Origin: Octopus bimaculoides
Taxonomy: Eukaryota
NCBI RefSeq assembly: GCF_001194135.2
Contig: NC_068982.1
Coordinates: forward strand, 180,697,940 to 180,761,939
DNA length: 64,000 nt
Reading direction: 5' to 3'
The notes under the pieces were generated by a model. That model made no database searches. It saw nothing but the letters and a program-made list of their open reading frames with translations, and was not told where the DNA came from. Numbering within the stretch: position 1 is the first letter of the stretch; each line of letters begins with the position of its first letter. Made by a program: the position numbers and the translations under genes. This document shows positions 63,727 to 64,000 of this stretch, in pieces.

Positions 63727-63948
63727 TGCTGCAGATCGAGGTGAGAGGGATAACTTCCCTTGGCAAACAGTACACAGTCGTGTGTCGATAAGCCAGCTGG
63801 AGGAGATGTCCTCCTGGGGCTAAAAGCAACAGTAACATCCACCCCTAGGGGTCAGCCACACTTAAGTGGCAATATACTACACTTTATATATATATATACA
63901 TATATATATATACATACATATATTATACATGTATACATACATATATAT

Positions 63949-63989
<41 letters not shown>

Positions 63990-64000
63990 CACACATATAT

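Noticed and set aside
1688-63842. Long ORFs in the supplied track that contain X runs or YI/HT/CV/ER repeats
   Set aside because: Artefacts of N-gaps and dinucleotide microsatellites, not genes.
1-64000. CRISPR arrays, rRNA genes or prokaryotic operons
   Set aside because: No regularly spaced repeat-spacer units, rRNA-like tracts or dense coding regions; the window is eukaryotic repeat-rich DNA.

Overview
AT-rich, microsatellite-dense eukaryotic scaffold with 11 N-gaps, most of them flanked by short-tandem-repeat tracts. The SINE families look like those of cephalopod (octopus-like) genomes; this is recognition only, not a database check. No complete protein-coding gene was found. Most of the window is intron-like or intergenic DNA full of decayed mobile elements: R4/Dong-like (RLE) non-LTR elements, two RTE lineages, an L1/Tx1 fragment, a CR1-group fragment, Penelope-like (GIY-YIG) remnants, a DD37D (maT) transposon, a mariner deletion derivative, and about ten tRNA-derived SINEs. 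The main result is at the RNA level: five motifs in three unrelated short repeat families, plus one remnant, fit the minimal type I hammerhead ribozyme architecture (stem I - CUGANGA - stem II - GAAA - tiny, often palindromic stem III - UH - stem I). Each copy carries one or more substitutions. One family is a foldback element with a tRNA-like head and 12-13 bp target-site duplications, and it takes part in nested insertions with R4/Dong and RTE elements. Weak minus-strand splice signals (candidate exons near 56 kb and 41.8 kb, and a CAG|GTAAGT site at 35.25 kb) suggest a long-intron host gene that cannot be identified.
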